A stretch of DNA of 51,811 nucleotides from Aquisalinus sp. (lineage in GTDB: Bacteria > Pseudomonadota > Alphaproteobacteria > Caulobacterales > Parvularculaceae): the NCBI GenBank assembly GCA_022763145.1, contig JALEGM010000151.1, forward strand, positions 1-51,811. Direction: 5' to 3'. The notes beneath the pieces are model-generated. The model was not told where the DNA came from and made no database searches. It saw nothing but the letters and a program-made list of their open reading frames with translations. Both the position numbers and the translations under genes were made by a program. Positions within the stretch are counted from its first letter, which is position 1, and each line of letters begins with the position of its first letter. Shown here piece after piece: positions 1 to 10,216 of this stretch.

Positions 1-423
1 GGACGGGAAGCAAAGGCAAGCCGCTGTCAGCTTATGACTTCTATCAGTTGGCTGAATAATGCAAAAATCTTCCTGAACCAATTGCCCAGCGAGCTTCAAC
101 GGTGTTTCAGAAAAATCACAAACCCTGAAACTTTTAGTCTGCGGTTTAACGGATATAATTCCATCTTTATATGCATAAATTTCAGGAAATCTCTTTGGCA
201 AATAGTCGAGCAGCATATCCAGGACTTCGCCTTCGGCTTTAAGGCTACCAGAGGTCCGCTGATAAACTGCTTCCGGCTGTTGATCCAGAAGGTCGTTTTT
301 TTGAGTTAGTTGCTCAGTAAAAGTCTCATCTATCTCGATCCAGTTCTCTGGATCGCATAGTTGCAAGCCCATCGTGAAGGGGTGGGTACTGCCATCATAT
401 GGCGTATAACGGAAAAGCGTCAT
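1..423 (-). CDS. DUF3445 / heme-dependent oxidative N-demethylase alpha-subunit family protein, N-terminal part (runs off left edge)
   Basis: Not in the ORF track; hand-translated from ATG at 423: MTLFRYTPYDGSTHPFTMGLQLCDPENWIEID...LAGQLVQEDFCII...LTAACLCFPS. The MGL..W(I)E(I)D, VQED and AA.LCFPS motifs fit DUF3445. Confidence 0.8.
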   Translation of the reverse strand, partial: MTLFRYTPYDGSTHPFTMGLQLCDPENWIEIDETFTEQLTQKNDLLDQQPEAVYQRTSGSLKAEGEVLDMLLDYLPKRFPEIYAYKDGIISVKPQTKSFRVCDFSETPLKLAGQLVQEDFCIIQPTDRSHKLTAACLCFPS

Positions 424-474
424 ACGGTTTATTCTAAGCCAATACGCGCTTTCTTGCAGCTAAAACCGGCCCTC

Positions 475-1377
475 TTAACCCCAAGGCCCGCTTACCTGTG
501 TAGCTTGTGGCTTGTAACTGGTCTGTCCCATTTGACCCGCCATATCCTTCAATCGATCGATACGGTTTTGAGTACTCGGATGTGTCGAGAACAGATTATC
601 TGCGCGCTGGCCATGCAGCGGATTGATAATCTTCATTTGACCGGTGGCAGGATTTCGCTCTGCAGTATCATTCACAATCTTCGCAGCGCCGTTGGAAATT
701 TTTGCTAGCGCTGACGCAAGCCAGAGTGGTTGGCCACAAATCTCTGCACCCATCTTGTCAGCTTCATACTCCCGTGTCCGGCTGATTGCCATTTGCACCA
801 AACTGGCTGCCAGAGGTGCAAGTAACATGATGGCGATTGCGCCAATCAGTCCACCATTATCCCGGTTCCCACCAAAGAAAATGGCAAAGTTTGCAAGTGC
901 AGTTATGGCACCAGCTATGGTCGCAGTTATGGTCATGGTGAGGGTGTCGCGATTTTTCACGTGAGCCAGCTCATGCGCCATAACGCCGGCGACCTCTTCC
1001 TCATTCAAAATACGCAAGAGGCCTGTTGTTGCAGCTACTGCTGCATTTTGCGGGTTGCGCCCCGTGGCAAAAGCATTCGGTTGATCATTCTCAATGACAT
1101 AGATTTTCGGCTGCGGCATATTGGCGCGCTCAGCCAGAGCAGAAGTGAGTTCTGCGTATCGGCGGATCGGGCCAGTCGAGGTTCTCGGGTCCACCTCTTT
1201 GGCTTTGTACATGCGCAGGACGATTTTGTCGGCATTCCAGTAACTGAACAGGTTCATGCCACCAGCAAAGAGCAGAGCCAGCATCATACCGCCCTTTCCA
1301 CCGATCATGGCACCTATGAAGCCAAACAAGGCCGTCAGGGCGGCCATGAGAATGCCAGTCTTTATAACAGAACTCAT
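475..1377 (-). CDS. htpX: Zinc metalloprotease HtpX (M48)
   Basis: [16 protein letters not shown] zinc motif, [14 protein letters not shown]; N-terminal TM helices. Confidence 0.96.
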   Translation of the reverse strand: MSSVIKTGILMAALTALFGFIGAMIGGKGGMMLALLFAGGMNLFSYWNADKIVLRMYKAKEVDPRTSTGPIRRYAELTSALAERANMPQPKIYVIENDQPNAFATGRNPQNAAVAATTGLLRILNEEEVAGVMAHELAHVKNRDTLTMTITATIAGAITALANFAIFFGGNRDNGGLIGAIAIMLLAPLAASLVQMAISRTREYEADKMGAEICGQPLWLASALAKISNGAAKIVNDTAERNPATGQMKIINPLHGQRADNLFSTHPSTQNRIDRLKDMAGQMGQTSYKPQATQVSGPWG

Positions 1378-1447
1378 TTGTTTTCTGCTCCGTAAGAGTT
1401 ATCTGATGATCAGATAATTTTTAGCAAAACGGTTTTCAATATCGACC

Positions 1448-1699
1448 ATGGCGAATAACCAAAATGACATTGAAGCAGGCGACCCTGCCATTCCTCATAC
1501 GCAGGATGGCATCCCGATGATCGTTAACGGGCAGCGCTTAAGCGAAACCGCCATTCAAGCCTTGAGAGAGGCACGTAACCGCAAGAACGAGGCAAAAGCA
1601 GCAGATGCCAACTTGCCTGCAGAATTAAACGGCCCAAAAGGTATCGAGCCAACCCGCTATGGTGACTGGGAGCGGGATGGCCGAGTGATCGACTTCTAG
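1448..1699 (+). CDS. DUF1674 protein (SDH assembly factor 4-like)
   Basis: C-terminal ELNGPKGIEPTRYGDWERDGRVIDF signature; divergent from htpX as is usual in Alphaproteobacteria. Confidence 0.92.
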   Translation: MANNQNDIEAGDPAIPHTQDGIPMIVNGQRLSETAIQALREARNRKNEAKAADANLPAELNGPKGIEPTRYGDWERDGRVIDF

Positions 1700-1702
1700 A
1701 GA

Positions 1703-4294
1703 CTAAAGCGTGCGTTCTTTCTTCTCGACCGCGAAGCACTCAATGATATCGCCTGATTTCAGGTCATCATAATTGGCAAAGCTCATGCCACACTCCTGGC
1801 CCATAGGAACTTCCTGGACATCATCCTTGAAGCGCTTGAGCTGCGACAACTCACCCTCATGGATCACCACATCATCACGGATCAAGCGCACTTTCGCGCC
1901 GCGGCGAACCATGCCCTCAACAACACGACAGCCGGCGACCTTGCCAAACTTGGAGATGTTGAAGACTTCAAGAATTTCTGCGTTACCGATAAATGTCTCA
2001 GATATCTCAGGATCGAGCATGCCTGACAGGGCACCTTTCAGATCATCAAGCAGATCGTAAATGATCGAATAGTAACGAATCTCGACATTCGACTTTTCTG
2101 CTTCATCCCGTGCCTGTTTATTGGCGCGAACATTAAAGCCGATAACAGGGGCATTTGACGCCTCAGCAAGAATAACATCACTTTCTGAGATACCACCGAC
2201 GCCAGTATGCAAAACTTTTACGCGCACTTCGTCTGTAGACATCTTTTCGAGAGAGCCAACGATCGCCTCAACGGACCCCTGAACATCCGCCTTGATAACA
2301 ACAGGCAGCTCCTTGATCTCGGCGTCCTTCAACTGTGACATCATCAATTCAAGCGATGTGCCAGATGACTTGGCATTCATTTTCTCACGACGCTGACGCT
2401 GACGGAACTCTGCCACCTCGCGAGCCCTTGCTTCGGACTCAACAACGACGAACTGATCTCCGGGCTCCGGCACACCATTAAGGCCAAGAATCTCTACCGG
2501 CATGGCAGGCTCAGCTCCTTTAATCTGCTGGCCTTTATCATTGATGAGCGCACGAACCTTGCCCCACTCAGCTCCACACACAAGTATATCACCGCGCTTG
2601 AGTGTGCCGCGACGAACAAGCAGGGTGGCAACCGGGCCGCGACCTTTATCAAGTTGGGCTTCAACAACAGCACCATCAGCCGGGCGGTCAGGATTTGCTT
2701 TTAGCTCAAGCAATTCGGATTGCAGTAGAATTGCTTCCTGCAAGCCGTCGAGATTCAGCTTCTCAAGAGCAGAAACTTCCACATCCTGAATTTCACCACC
2801 CATGCCTTCAACCTGAAGCTCATACTGCAGAAGATCTGTACGCACTTTGTTGGCATCCGCTTGTGGCCTATCAATCTTGTTGATGGCGACAATGATCGGC
2901 ACTTCGGCAGCTTTGGCGTGGCTGATTGCCTCGACCGTTTGGGGCATAACGGAGTCATCAGCAGCAACGACGATGATAACAATATCTGTTACTTTAGCAC
3001 CGCGCGCCCGCATCTGGGTAAAAGCGGCGTGGCCTGGTGTATCAAGGAATGTGATCTTCTGGCCGCCATCAACAGCAATCTGATACGCACCAATATGCTG
3101 AGTGATGCCACCGGCTTCACCGGCAACAACATCCGTCTGACGCAACGCATCAAGGAGAGACGTTTTACCGTGGTCAACGTGGCCCATGATGGTGACAACA
3201 GGAGGCCGTGGCTGCAGATCTTCTGCACGATCTTCTTCACCCTCTAGCCCTTCCTCAACATCAGCTTCAGAGACACGTTTGACGGTGTGTCCCAGATCTT
3301 CCACGATCAACTGTGCCGTGTCCGCATCCAGAATCGCATTGGCGGTAACCATCTGGCCCTGCTTCATTAGCTCTTTTACGAGATCCACGGCTCGCATCGC
3401 CATACGTTGCGCGAGGTCCTGTACCGTAATTGTCTCTGGTACCACCACTTCACGTGCTTGCTTTGAGGAATCCGCGCCGCGTGCCTGACGTGCCTGCTTC
3501 TCGCGCTCACGGGCACGGCGCACAGACGCCAGAGAGCGTTGCCGCTCCTCGTCATCCAGGGCATTCGCGATAGTTAGCTTACCAGTGCGGCGACGATTTT
3601 CCTTCGGCTTGGACTGGTTACGGCTTTCATTGTCAAAGTTGCGCTTGGTTTTAATGCGCCCACCAAGTTCTGCGAGCGGATTATCCGCATCTTTCTCAAA
3701 ACTGCGGCCATCTTTTTCACTTGCCTCTTCGCGACCTTTGCCACGTGCGTCAGCCTTAGCAGCATTTCGCTTCTTACGCTCTTCTTCTTCCCGCTCAAGA
3801 GCTTTGCGTGCCTCTTCCTCTGCCTTGGCCCTGGCTTCAGCTTCTCGAGTACGTTTTTCTTCTTCTTCCGCAACACGCTTACGCTCTGCCTCAAGCTTTT
3901 CGCGCTCTTCAGCTTCCCGCTTTTCACGAGCAAGGCGTTCTGCTTCTTCGCGCTGCTTCTTTTCCTGCTCCTGAACCTTCGCTGCTTTCAGAGCAACTTC
4001 GATGCGCTTCTTCTCAGTGTCAGATAGCGTGCGCAGGACCTTGCCGTCTTTCTTGGTCTCAGGCGCTGGGGCAGCAGGCTTGGCTGCCGGTTTCTCAGTA
4101 ACCGGCTTGACCTCCTTTGGAGATGGCGCAGCGCCGACCTTAGGCGCAATGGTACGCCTTTTCTTGGTCTCGACCACAACCGTCTTCGAACGCCCATGTG
4201 AAAAGCTCTGCTTTACAGAACCAGTCTCCGTTTTACGCAGCGTCAACGGTTTGCGCTTCGGCTTGGACGTTTCGTCTTTTGTTTCTTCGCTCAT
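1703..4294 (-). CDS. infB: Translation initiation factor IF-2
   Basis: [41 protein letters not shown]; start moved to ATG 4294 (MSEETK), which has a GGAGA SD. Confidence 0.98.
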   Translation of the reverse strand: MSEETKDETSKPKRKPLTLRKTETGSVKQSFSHGRSKTVVVETKKRRTIAPKVGAAPSPKEVKPVTEKPAAKPAAPAPETKKDGKVLRTLSDTEKKRIEVALKAAKVQEQEKKQREEAERLAREKREAEEREKLEAERKRVAEEEEKRTREAEARAKAEEEARKALEREEEERKKRNAAKADARGKGREEASEKDGRSFEKDADNPLAELGGRIKTKRNFDNESRNQSKPKENRRRTGKLTIANALDDEERQRSLASVRRAREREKQARQARGADSSKQAREVVVPETITVQDLAQRMAMRAVDLVKELMKQGQMVTANAILDADTAQLIVEDLGHTVKRVSEADVEEGLEGEEDRAEDLQPRPPVVTIMGHVDHGKTSLLDALRQTDVVAGEAGGITQHIGAYQIAVDGGQKITFLDTPGHAAFTQMRARGAKVTDIVIIVVAADDSVMPQTVEAISHAKAAEVPIIVAINKIDRPQADANKVRTDLLQYELQVEGMGGEIQDVEVSALEKLNLDGLQEAILLQSELLELKANPDRPADGAVVEAQLDKGRGPVATLLVRRGTLKRGDILVCGAEWGKVRALINDKGQQIKGAEPAMPVEILGLNGVPEPGDQFVVVESEARAREVAEFRQRQRREKMNAKSSGTSLELMMSQLKDAEIKELPVVIKADVQGSVEAIVGSLEKMSTDEVRVKVLHTGVGGISESDVILAEASNAPVIGFNVRANKQARDEAEKSNVEIRYYSIIYDLLDDLKGALSGMLDPEISETFIGNAEILEVFNISKFGKVAGCRVVEGMVRRGAKVRLIRDDVVIHEGELSQLKRFKDDVQEVPMGQECGMSFANYDDLKSGDIIECFAVEKKERTL

Positions 4295-4390
4295 CAAGTC
4301 TCCAACCCGCACATTAAAAGGCAGGCTTTCCAGATTAGAGGTGAAGGACATAGCGCCCCTGTGGAGCAGGGTCTACAGCACATCACCGTT

Positions 4391-5047
4391 TTATTCGGGG
4401 TCGCCCCCATGTTCTTCCAGTGCCGGCATGAAGCCAGCAAGCCGATCAACTTCTTTGAGGAAGGTACTCAGCGATTTCTTCCACTTGAGGCCAATGTGGA
4501 CAGCATTATTACTGCCTACCGCCTGATCTAGCTGCACGCCCGAAAAACTGCTGATGACTCTGCACTTTCCGGGCATTGCCGCGATGATTCTCATAATCTT
4601 GTCGCGGCCGTCCTGTGCGCTATCAGAAGCGTGGATATAAGCGGCAAAATCCCCTTTTTTAAGTCCTTCCTTCACCTTTTCAAAGCCGAGTACCAGATTG
4701 CCGGAACGTCGTTCCAGACCCAGTGCATTCAGCGCACGTTTTTCCAACTCGGTACGCACCAAAACGACCAACCGATCGGCCCCTCCTGTAACTTCTGCCC
4801 GTTCCTTGAAGCTGCGGGCAAATGCATTCTGACGGATGGCCTTGCGAATAGCCTCTTCACTAGCCGCAGTCCAAGCACCGCGTCCTGGCAACTTGCCTGC
4901 AAGGTCCGGCACAATCTGCCCCTCCGGGTTACAGACGAACCTGATGCAGGCAGCTTCAGGGGTAAGAGCTTCACCAGTAGCGACACACTTGCGGTCATTA
5001 TGTCTGCCTTTAGTAGCTCTGGGTGTGAATGGCTCAGGCGTTTTCAG
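4391..5047 (-). CDS. YlxR/DUF448 + L7Ae-like RNA-binding protein
   Basis: RKCVATGE, IRFV, PDLAGKLPGRGAW, LVLGFEKV; located between nusA and infB; start uncertain (CTG 5047 favoured). Confidence 0.9.
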   Translation of the reverse strand: MKTPEPFTPRATKGRHNDRKCVATGEALTPEAACIRFVCNPEGQIVPDLAGKLPGRGAWTAASEEAIRKAIRQNAFARSFKERAEVTGGADRLVVLVRTELEKRALNALGLERRSGNLVLGFEKVKEGLKKGDFAAYIHASDSAQDGRDKIMRIIAAMPGKCRVISSFSGVQLDQAVGSNNAVHIGLKWKKSLSTFLKEVDRLAGFMPALEEHGGDPE

Positions 5048-6632
5048 TCGCGGCCTCCTCTTCTGCCAATCTTGCTTCAAGATCTGCCTGCGTTTCCCAA
5101 CCGACAGCACGTCGCGCCTGGTTGATCAGTTCCTCTGCAATATCAGGCTTAACGCGAAACTCCTCGAGGATGCCCTCGTAATGTTTCTTCTCGCCGTTCA
5201 CGTGCTCGGTCCAACCAGTGAGGTCATCTGCAGCACAGCCGGCCAAATCTTCCATGGTTTTTACCCCTTCTTCCGCAAGAGCAATAACCATCTTCGCACT
5301 CAAGCCATCCATGTGATAAAGATCATCATCAACACCGAGAGCGAGGCGCTTCTCATTCAACTCTTGCGCCTCCTTGTCCAGGAATTCGTTCGCGCGTGCC
5401 TGAAGCTCTTCCGCTGTCTCTTCATCGAACCCTTCGATTACTGCGATCTCCGCAAGTTCAACATACGCAAGTTCTTCGATCCGAGAGAAACCCTCGGACA
5501 CCAAAAGCCCGGCAATAATATCGTCCACATCAAGCGCTTCCATGAAGCGCTCAGAGCGCACAGCATACTCCTGCTGACGTTTTGCCGACTCTTCTTCCTC
5601 AGTCATGATGTCGATCTCAAAACCGGAAAGCTGCGAGGCCAAACGAACATTCTGCCCACGACGACCAATAGCAAGCGAAAGCTGCTCATCGGGCACCACG
5701 ACCTCAATACGCTCTGACTCTTCGTCCAGAACCACCTTACTCACCTCTGCAGGCGCAAGTGCATTCACGATGAATGTAGCAATATCATCAGACCAAGGAA
5801 CAATATCAATTTTCTCGCCGCCAAGTTCGTTGACCACTGCTTGAACACGGCTGCCACGCATACCAACGCAAGCGCCTACTGGATCAATCGAACTGTCATG
5901 AGACATCACACCAATTTTCGCGCGGCTACCCGGATCACGCGCGACAGCCTTGATCGCAATCACGCGGTCATAGACTTCAGGCACTTCCTGCTCAAACAAA
6001 CGCGCCATGAACTGCGGGTGTGTTCTTGAAAGGAATATCTGTGGCCCACGCTGCTCACGTCGAACATCTGCAATATAACTGCGAATGCGATCACCCTGAC
6101 GAACTGCCTCGCGTGGCAGCTGCTGATCACGACGCAAAACTGCCTCTGACCGACCGAGGTCTACAACCACATGCCCGTACTCGATACGCTTGACGATACC
6201 ACTGATGATTTCACCAACCCGATCTTTATACTCTTCATACTGACGTTCTCGCTCAGCATCACGCACCTTTTGCGTGATAACCTGCTTGGCGCTGGAGGCA
6301 TCCTTATGGCCGAATTCAACTGGTGGCAGAGGGTCAGATAGAAAATCACCGACTTCAGCTTCAGGATTACGTGCCTTTGCATCCTGAAGAAGGATTTCGG
6401 CTGCCTCGTTCTCCACTTCTTCAACGACCTCCATCAAGCGCCAAAGTCGTGTTTCACCAGTATCAGGATGAATCTCCACCTTGATATTCGTCTCATGACC
6501 ATAATGGGACCGCGCCGCACGCGCCATCGCGTCCTCAAGCGCTTCGACAACAATTGCCTTATCGATAGACTTTTCCCGTGCAACCGCCTCGGCGATCTGA
6601 ATCAATTCAAGCCTGTTGTGGCTAACGGCCAT
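5034..6632 (-). CDS. nusA: Transcription termination/antitermination factor NusA
   Basis: S1 and KH domains (ARDPGSRAK, DPVGACVGMRGSRVQAV, AIGRRGQNVRLA); acidic C-terminal repeats. Confidence 0.98.
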   Translation of the reverse strand: MAVSHNRLELIQIAEAVAREKSIDKAIVVEALEDAMARAARSHYGHETNIKVEIHPDTGETRLWRLMEVVEEVENEAAEILLQDAKARNPEAEVGDFLSDPLPPVEFGHKDASSAKQVITQKVRDAERERQYEEYKDRVGEIISGIVKRIEYGHVVVDLGRSEAVLRRDQQLPREAVRQGDRIRSYIADVRREQRGPQIFLSRTHPQFMARLFEQEVPEVYDRVIAIKAVARDPGSRAKIGVMSHDSSIDPVGACVGMRGSRVQAVVNELGGEKIDIVPWSDDIATFIVNALAPAEVSKVVLDEESERIEVVVPDEQLSLAIGRRGQNVRLASQLSGFEIDIMTEEEESAKRQQEYAVRSERFMEALDVDDIIAGLLVSEGFSRIEELAYVELAEIAVIEGFDEETAEELQARANEFLDKEAQELNEKRLALGVDDDLYHMDGLSAKMVIALAEEGVKTMEDLAGCAADDLTGWTEHVNGEKKHYEGILEEFRVKPDIAEELINQARRAVGWETQADLEARLAEEEAATENA

Positions 6633-6688
6633 TTTTAGTCTCCATGGTGATTAACTCCCTTGTCGTCATTTCAGGATATATAACCCTA

Positions 6689-7207
6689 TTAATTCTCGTG
6701 TGCGGCCTCGGCCTCTTTCGCAGCCCTCAGTGTGTCACGCACAAGATCATCTGTAAGGACCAGTTTTGCATCATCAAGAAGTGAAAAAGGGATCAATGCT
6801 GTTTCCTCCTCCCCTTCAAGATCAATACAGATATTGTCCTCCTCGATACCCGCCAGCATGCCCCGAAAGCGCTTGCGCCCTTCAATCATCTGCCTGAGCT
6901 GTAGCTTTGCCTCATATCCTTCCCACCGCTCAAAGTCGGATAGCCGTGTCAGAGGGCGATCAATCCCTGGAGAAGATACTTCAAGCACGTATTCTCCACT
7001 AATTGGATCAGCCACCTCAAAGACAGCCGAGATTGCCCTCGATAAATCAGCACAGTTTTCTGCTGTCATGGTGCCATCCGGACGCTCCGCCATGACTTGT
7101 AAAGTCTGCTTACCTGATCCAGTCATGCGCACACGTACAAGTTCAAAGCCTTCTGCTTGCGCAACGGGCTCGATCAACGCTGTGAGTTTCTCGATCAGAT
7201 GATCCAA
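6689..7207 (-). CDS. rimP: Ribosome maturation factor RimP
   Basis: LQVMAERPDG, YVLEVSSPGIDRPL; directly upstream of nusA; TTG start. Confidence 0.96.
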   Translation of the reverse strand: MDHLIEKLTALIEPVAQAEGFELVRVRMTGSGKQTLQVMAERPDGTMTAENCADLSRAISAVFEVADPISGEYVLEVSSPGIDRPLTRLSDFERWEGYEAKLQLRQMIEGRKRFRGMLAGIEEDNICIDLEGEEETALIPFSLLDDAKLVLTDDLVRDTLRAAKEAEAAHEN

Positions 7208-7224
7208 AAGTCTTCCTTAATGAC

Positions 7225-7253
7225 AAAAAAACGGCTCAGCTTCCGCTGGCCGC
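7225..7253 (-). terminator. rimP-leader intrinsic terminator (GNRA-capped hairpin + U-tract)
   Basis: Minus strand reads GCGGC CAGC GGAA GCTG A GCCGT TTTTTT, ~18 nt upstream of the rimP start. Confidence 0.75.
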
Positions 7254-7334
7254 TTCCGATACTATCGAATGCTATTTCTTCTCATAAAGCACACTTCTGA
7301 TGACATGTCAGCTATTTTCTTATCGGCTTAACCT

Positions 7335-8036
7335 CTATGGTAACCTGCGAAAGCTCAGATAAGTTGGCACTCTTCCTTCTCTTATAGCTTTTGCCTCATA
7401 GCGCGTCTGTGGCCAGTCTTCAGGAGCGTCTGCCCAGTCTGTCTTTCTACGCGCCGACCAATAGAAGTCCTCAGAGTTTTTGTTATGCATCTGCAGATGC
7501 ATGAGGGTCCATCTAATGTAATCCGGAATATCAGAAGCGACCCTCATCTCAGCATCAGAACGCAAAATGCGCGCTGCTTCTTTGAGTAGAAGAGGCGACA
7601 CAATACGGCGTTTATGGTGCTTCTTCTTGGGCCATGGGTCAGGATGCAAAACAAAAAGTCGTTCAACCGATCCGGCCGGAAAATGCAATAAAAGGTCACG
7701 GGCATCACCATGTAGAATGCGCACATTATCAAGCTTCTGCTCATCAATAGCCGCCAGCAGTTTGGCAACACCATTGATGAAGGGTTCAGCACCAATCATT
7801 AGAACATCAGGGTTGCGGGCAGCATGCCAGGCAAGGTGCTCACCTCCGCCAAAACCGATCTCAAGCCAAATAGGACGTGCTTTGTATGCAGCTTGATCAA
7901 TCTCATCTTTTGTAATGGCTACTTTCGGCAACAAGTCTTGCATTAAACGCCGCTGTCGCGCCTTCAAGGGTCTATCCTGACGGCGGCCAAATAATCGGTA
8001 ATCTGGAAAGGCCTGATCAGACATATTTTTGTCCAT
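7335..8036 (-). CDS. trmB: tRNA (guanine-N7)-methyltransferase
   Basis: LEIGFGGGEHL, PDPWPKKKHHKRR, TRYEAKA. Confidence 0.96.
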   Translation of the reverse strand: MDKNMSDQAFPDYRLFGRRQDRPLKARQRRLMQDLLPKVAITKDEIDQAAYKARPIWLEIGFGGGEHLAWHAARNPDVLMIGAEPFINGVAKLLAAIDEQKLDNVRILHGDARDLLLHFPAGSVERLFVLHPDPWPKKKHHKRRIVSPLLLKEAARILRSDAEMRVASDIPDYIRWTLMHLQMHNKNSEDFYWSARRKTDWADAPEDWPQTRYEAKAIREGRVPTYLSFRRLP

Positions 8037-8099
8037 TTGCTTAAGCTGGTTTTTACGCCAGTCCTTTAGGGCAAGGATTTAGACATAATCAGGCACAGC

Positions 8100-8240
8100 A
8101 TGAAGAAAATACTCACACTTATTGGCTTCTTCACAATAACAGGTCTCGCCAGAATGTTCCTGGTCGCTGTTGTCGGAGGCTTCCTCTTTCTTCGGGGGGC
8201 GACAGTCATCAGACTGCAAAATCTCCTCCCCAAACGATAA
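8100..8240 (+). CDS. Candidate small hydrophobic protein (46 aa)
   Basis: Hand-translated MKKILTLIGFFTITGLARMFLVAVVGGFLFLRGATVIRLQNLLPKR in the 350-nt metK-trmB gap; weak SD. Confidence 0.3.
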   Translation: MKKILTLIGFFTITGLARMFLVAVVGGFLFLRGATVIRLQNLLPKR

Positions 8241-8388
8241 CCCTGCCGAGCGATATAGCAATACTGGAGTGCCAAGACCTGGCCAAAGGCGTCCAAAGTG
8301 CTGAACACAATGGCGTCACGGTATATCGCCCACAATCTGACAAACAGCGACAATCAGCCTTACTCAGTGAGGCATGCAAATTAAACGA

Positions 8389-9555
8389 CTAGATCGCCGA
8401 CTTCAGCGCATCCACAAGGTCCGTTTTCTCCCATGAGAAACCACCGTCTGCATCGGGTGTACGGCCAAAATGTCCATAGGCGGCTGTGCGCTCATAAATC
8501 GGCTGGTTGAGTCCAAGATGCTCCCGAATACCACGCGGCGTCAGGTTCATGACCTGTGGCAAGATGTCTGCCAGCCGATCTTCAGGGACCTCACCTGTGC
8601 CATAAGTGTCTACGTAAATAGACAGTGGGTGTGAAATTCCGATGGCGTATGACAGCTGGATGAGGCAACGGCGAGCGAGGCCTGCAGCAACAACATTCTT
8701 GGCGAGATAACGCGATGCGTATGCGGCAGAACGATCCACTTTCGTTGGGTCTTTACCAGAAAAAGCACCGCCACCATGGGGCGCAGCACCACCATAAGTA
8801 TCTACAATGATCTTGCGTCCGGTCAGACCGGCATCACCATCCGGGCCGCCAATCACAAAAAGACCCGTTGGGTTAACGTAAAATTCCTCTTCAGGACACA
8901 TCCAACCTTCAGGCAGCACTTCCTCAACGAACGGACGCACCAGCTCCTTCACATCTGACTGGGACAGCCCCTCTGCATGCTGAGTAGAAACAACAACAGA
9001 TGTAGCTCCAATCGGGCGTCCATTTTCGTATTTAAGTGTAACCTGACTTTTCGCATCCGGTGCAAACTCTGGTCGTTGCCCGGCATGACGCGCTTCAGCT
9101 AGTGCCTTCACAATATTATGTGAGTAAGCGATTGGGGCTGGCATCAATTCCGGTGTCTCGTCAACTGCGTATCCGAACATGATACCCTGATCGCCAGCAC
9201 CTTCGTCCTTATCGGCTGCAGCGTCCACTCCCATTGCAATCTCTGCTGACTGTCCGTGCACGAAACAGGAAACATCCGCTTTTTCCCAATGGAAGCCATC
9301 TTGTTCATAGCCAATCGATTTGACTGCCTGACGTGCAGTCTCAATCATCTCATCACTCGTGATCTCTTCGCGTGCCCTCACCTCACCTGCGAGTACAACC
9401 CTGTTTGTCGTCGTCAGTGTTTCTACGGCAACACGTGCCTGACTGTCCCGCCCAAGAAACAAATCTACGATCGCGTCAGAGATACGGTCTGAAACCTTAT
9501 CCGGATGCCCCTCGGAAACGCTTTCCGAAGTGAAAAGGTAATTACTGGATGACAT
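8389..9555 (-). CDS. metK: S-adenosylmethionine synthetase
   Basis: [37 protein letters not shown]. Confidence 0.99.
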   Translation of the reverse strand: MSSSNYLFTSESVSEGHPDKVSDRISDAIVDLFLGRDSQARVAVETLTTTNRVVLAGEVRAREEITSDEMIETARQAVKSIGYEQDGFHWEKADVSCFVHGQSAEIAMGVDAAADKDEGAGDQGIMFGYAVDETPELMPAPIAYSHNIVKALAEARHAGQRPEFAPDAKSQVTLKYENGRPIGATSVVVSTQHAEGLSQSDVKELVRPFVEEVLPEGWMCPEEEFYVNPTGLFVIGGPDGDAGLTGRKIIVDTYGGAAPHGGGAFSGKDPTKVDRSAAYASRYLAKNVVAAGLARRCLIQLSYAIGISHPLSIYVDTYGTGEVPEDRLADILPQVMNLTPRGIREHLGLNQPIYERTAAYGHFGRTPDADGGFSWEKTDLVDALKSAI

Positions 9556-9573
9556 GATAACGAACCTTCGATG

Positions 9574-9593
9574 ATATAAAGAAAAGTTTATAT
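9574..9593. promoter_or_regulatory. SahR-type operator palindrome upstream of metK
   Basis: ATATAAAG-AAAA-GTTTATAT, one mismatch from a perfect ATATAAAG-N4-CTTTATAT palindrome, 18 nt upstream of the metK start. Confidence 0.7.
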
Positions 9594-9697
9594 GTTGAGG
9601 CTGGACATAGCGAATGACATTTCAAATGTCTACGCAAAAGCCTTAACGACTTTGAGCACGAAACCATCTCAAGACTTCACAAAATCAAAACAGAAAA

Positions 9698-10135
9698 TTA
9701 GCTGCTGTGCGTTTCAGCCAGCGCCTTAATGAGATCCAGCAACTTGCGTCTAACTGTTACGTCATGAATTTGAGAAAATGACTTGCACAGCTGAACGCCC
9801 TCAGGCGTGGAGAGCAGTTCCATGAATTCACTGGCCGACGTATCTTCCGCGGCATCTTCAGCAAAACCAGTGACCGCTACTTCATCTTCCTGACCAAAAT
9901 CATCATAGAAGAACTGCACAGGAACATTCAGAATTTTCGAGATCTGGAAAAGTCTGCTAGCACCAACGCGGTTGATCCCCTTCTCGTACTTCTGCACCTG
10001 CTGAAACGTAAGACTCAAGGCATCCGCAAGTTTATCCTGACTCATACCGACCATCATGCGACGCAGCCGAACGCGGCTACCAACATGAACATCAATAGGG
10101 TGAGGCGCCTTTCGGCTTGCTTCACTCATAACCAC
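9698..10135 (-). CDS. XRE-family HTH transcriptional regulator
   Basis: PIDVHVGSRVRLRR...SQDKLA..LTFQQVQKYEKG.NRVGASRL; conserved lnt-HTH-metK position. Confidence 0.93.
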   Translation of the reverse strand: MVMSEASRKAPHPIDVHVGSRVRLRRMMVGMSQDKLADALSLTFQQVQKYEKGINRVGASRLFQISKILNVPVQFFYDDFGQEDEVAVTGFAEDAAEDTSASEFMELLSTPEGVQLCKSFSQIHDVTVRRKLLDLIKALAETHSS

Positions 10136-10216
10136 CTGCAGAATGTATCTTCCCTGTAGCCAAGCCCTATAGCGGAGATTTCACATTTTGCAAACAGCTG
10201 GCCAAGCGCTGAACTA

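Noticed and set aside
953-968. parS-like TTTTTCACGTGAGCCA in htpX
   Set aside because: Three mismatches to the consensus, broken symmetry, and explained by the conserved [10 protein letters not shown] coding sequence
3570-4000. Repetitive TTC/CTC-rich DNA and long overlapping ORFs in infB
   Set aside because: Reflects the normal Glu/Arg/Lys/Ala-rich IF-2 linker; the antisense ORFs are shadows
4836-5717. 293-aa plus-strand ORF opposite nusA/ylxR, and similar long antisense ORFs (e.g. 15062-15694, 34834-35298)
   Set aside because: Fully antisense to well-conserved genes, with no recognisable motifs
8066-8353. Minus-strand 95-aa and 60-aa ORFs between metK and trmB
   Set aside because: TTG starts without a convincing SD and no protein-like motifs; not annotated
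9594-9697. SAM riboswitch upstream of metK
   Set aside because: AT-rich with no recognisable SAM-II or SAM-SAH core; a palindromic operator explains the region better
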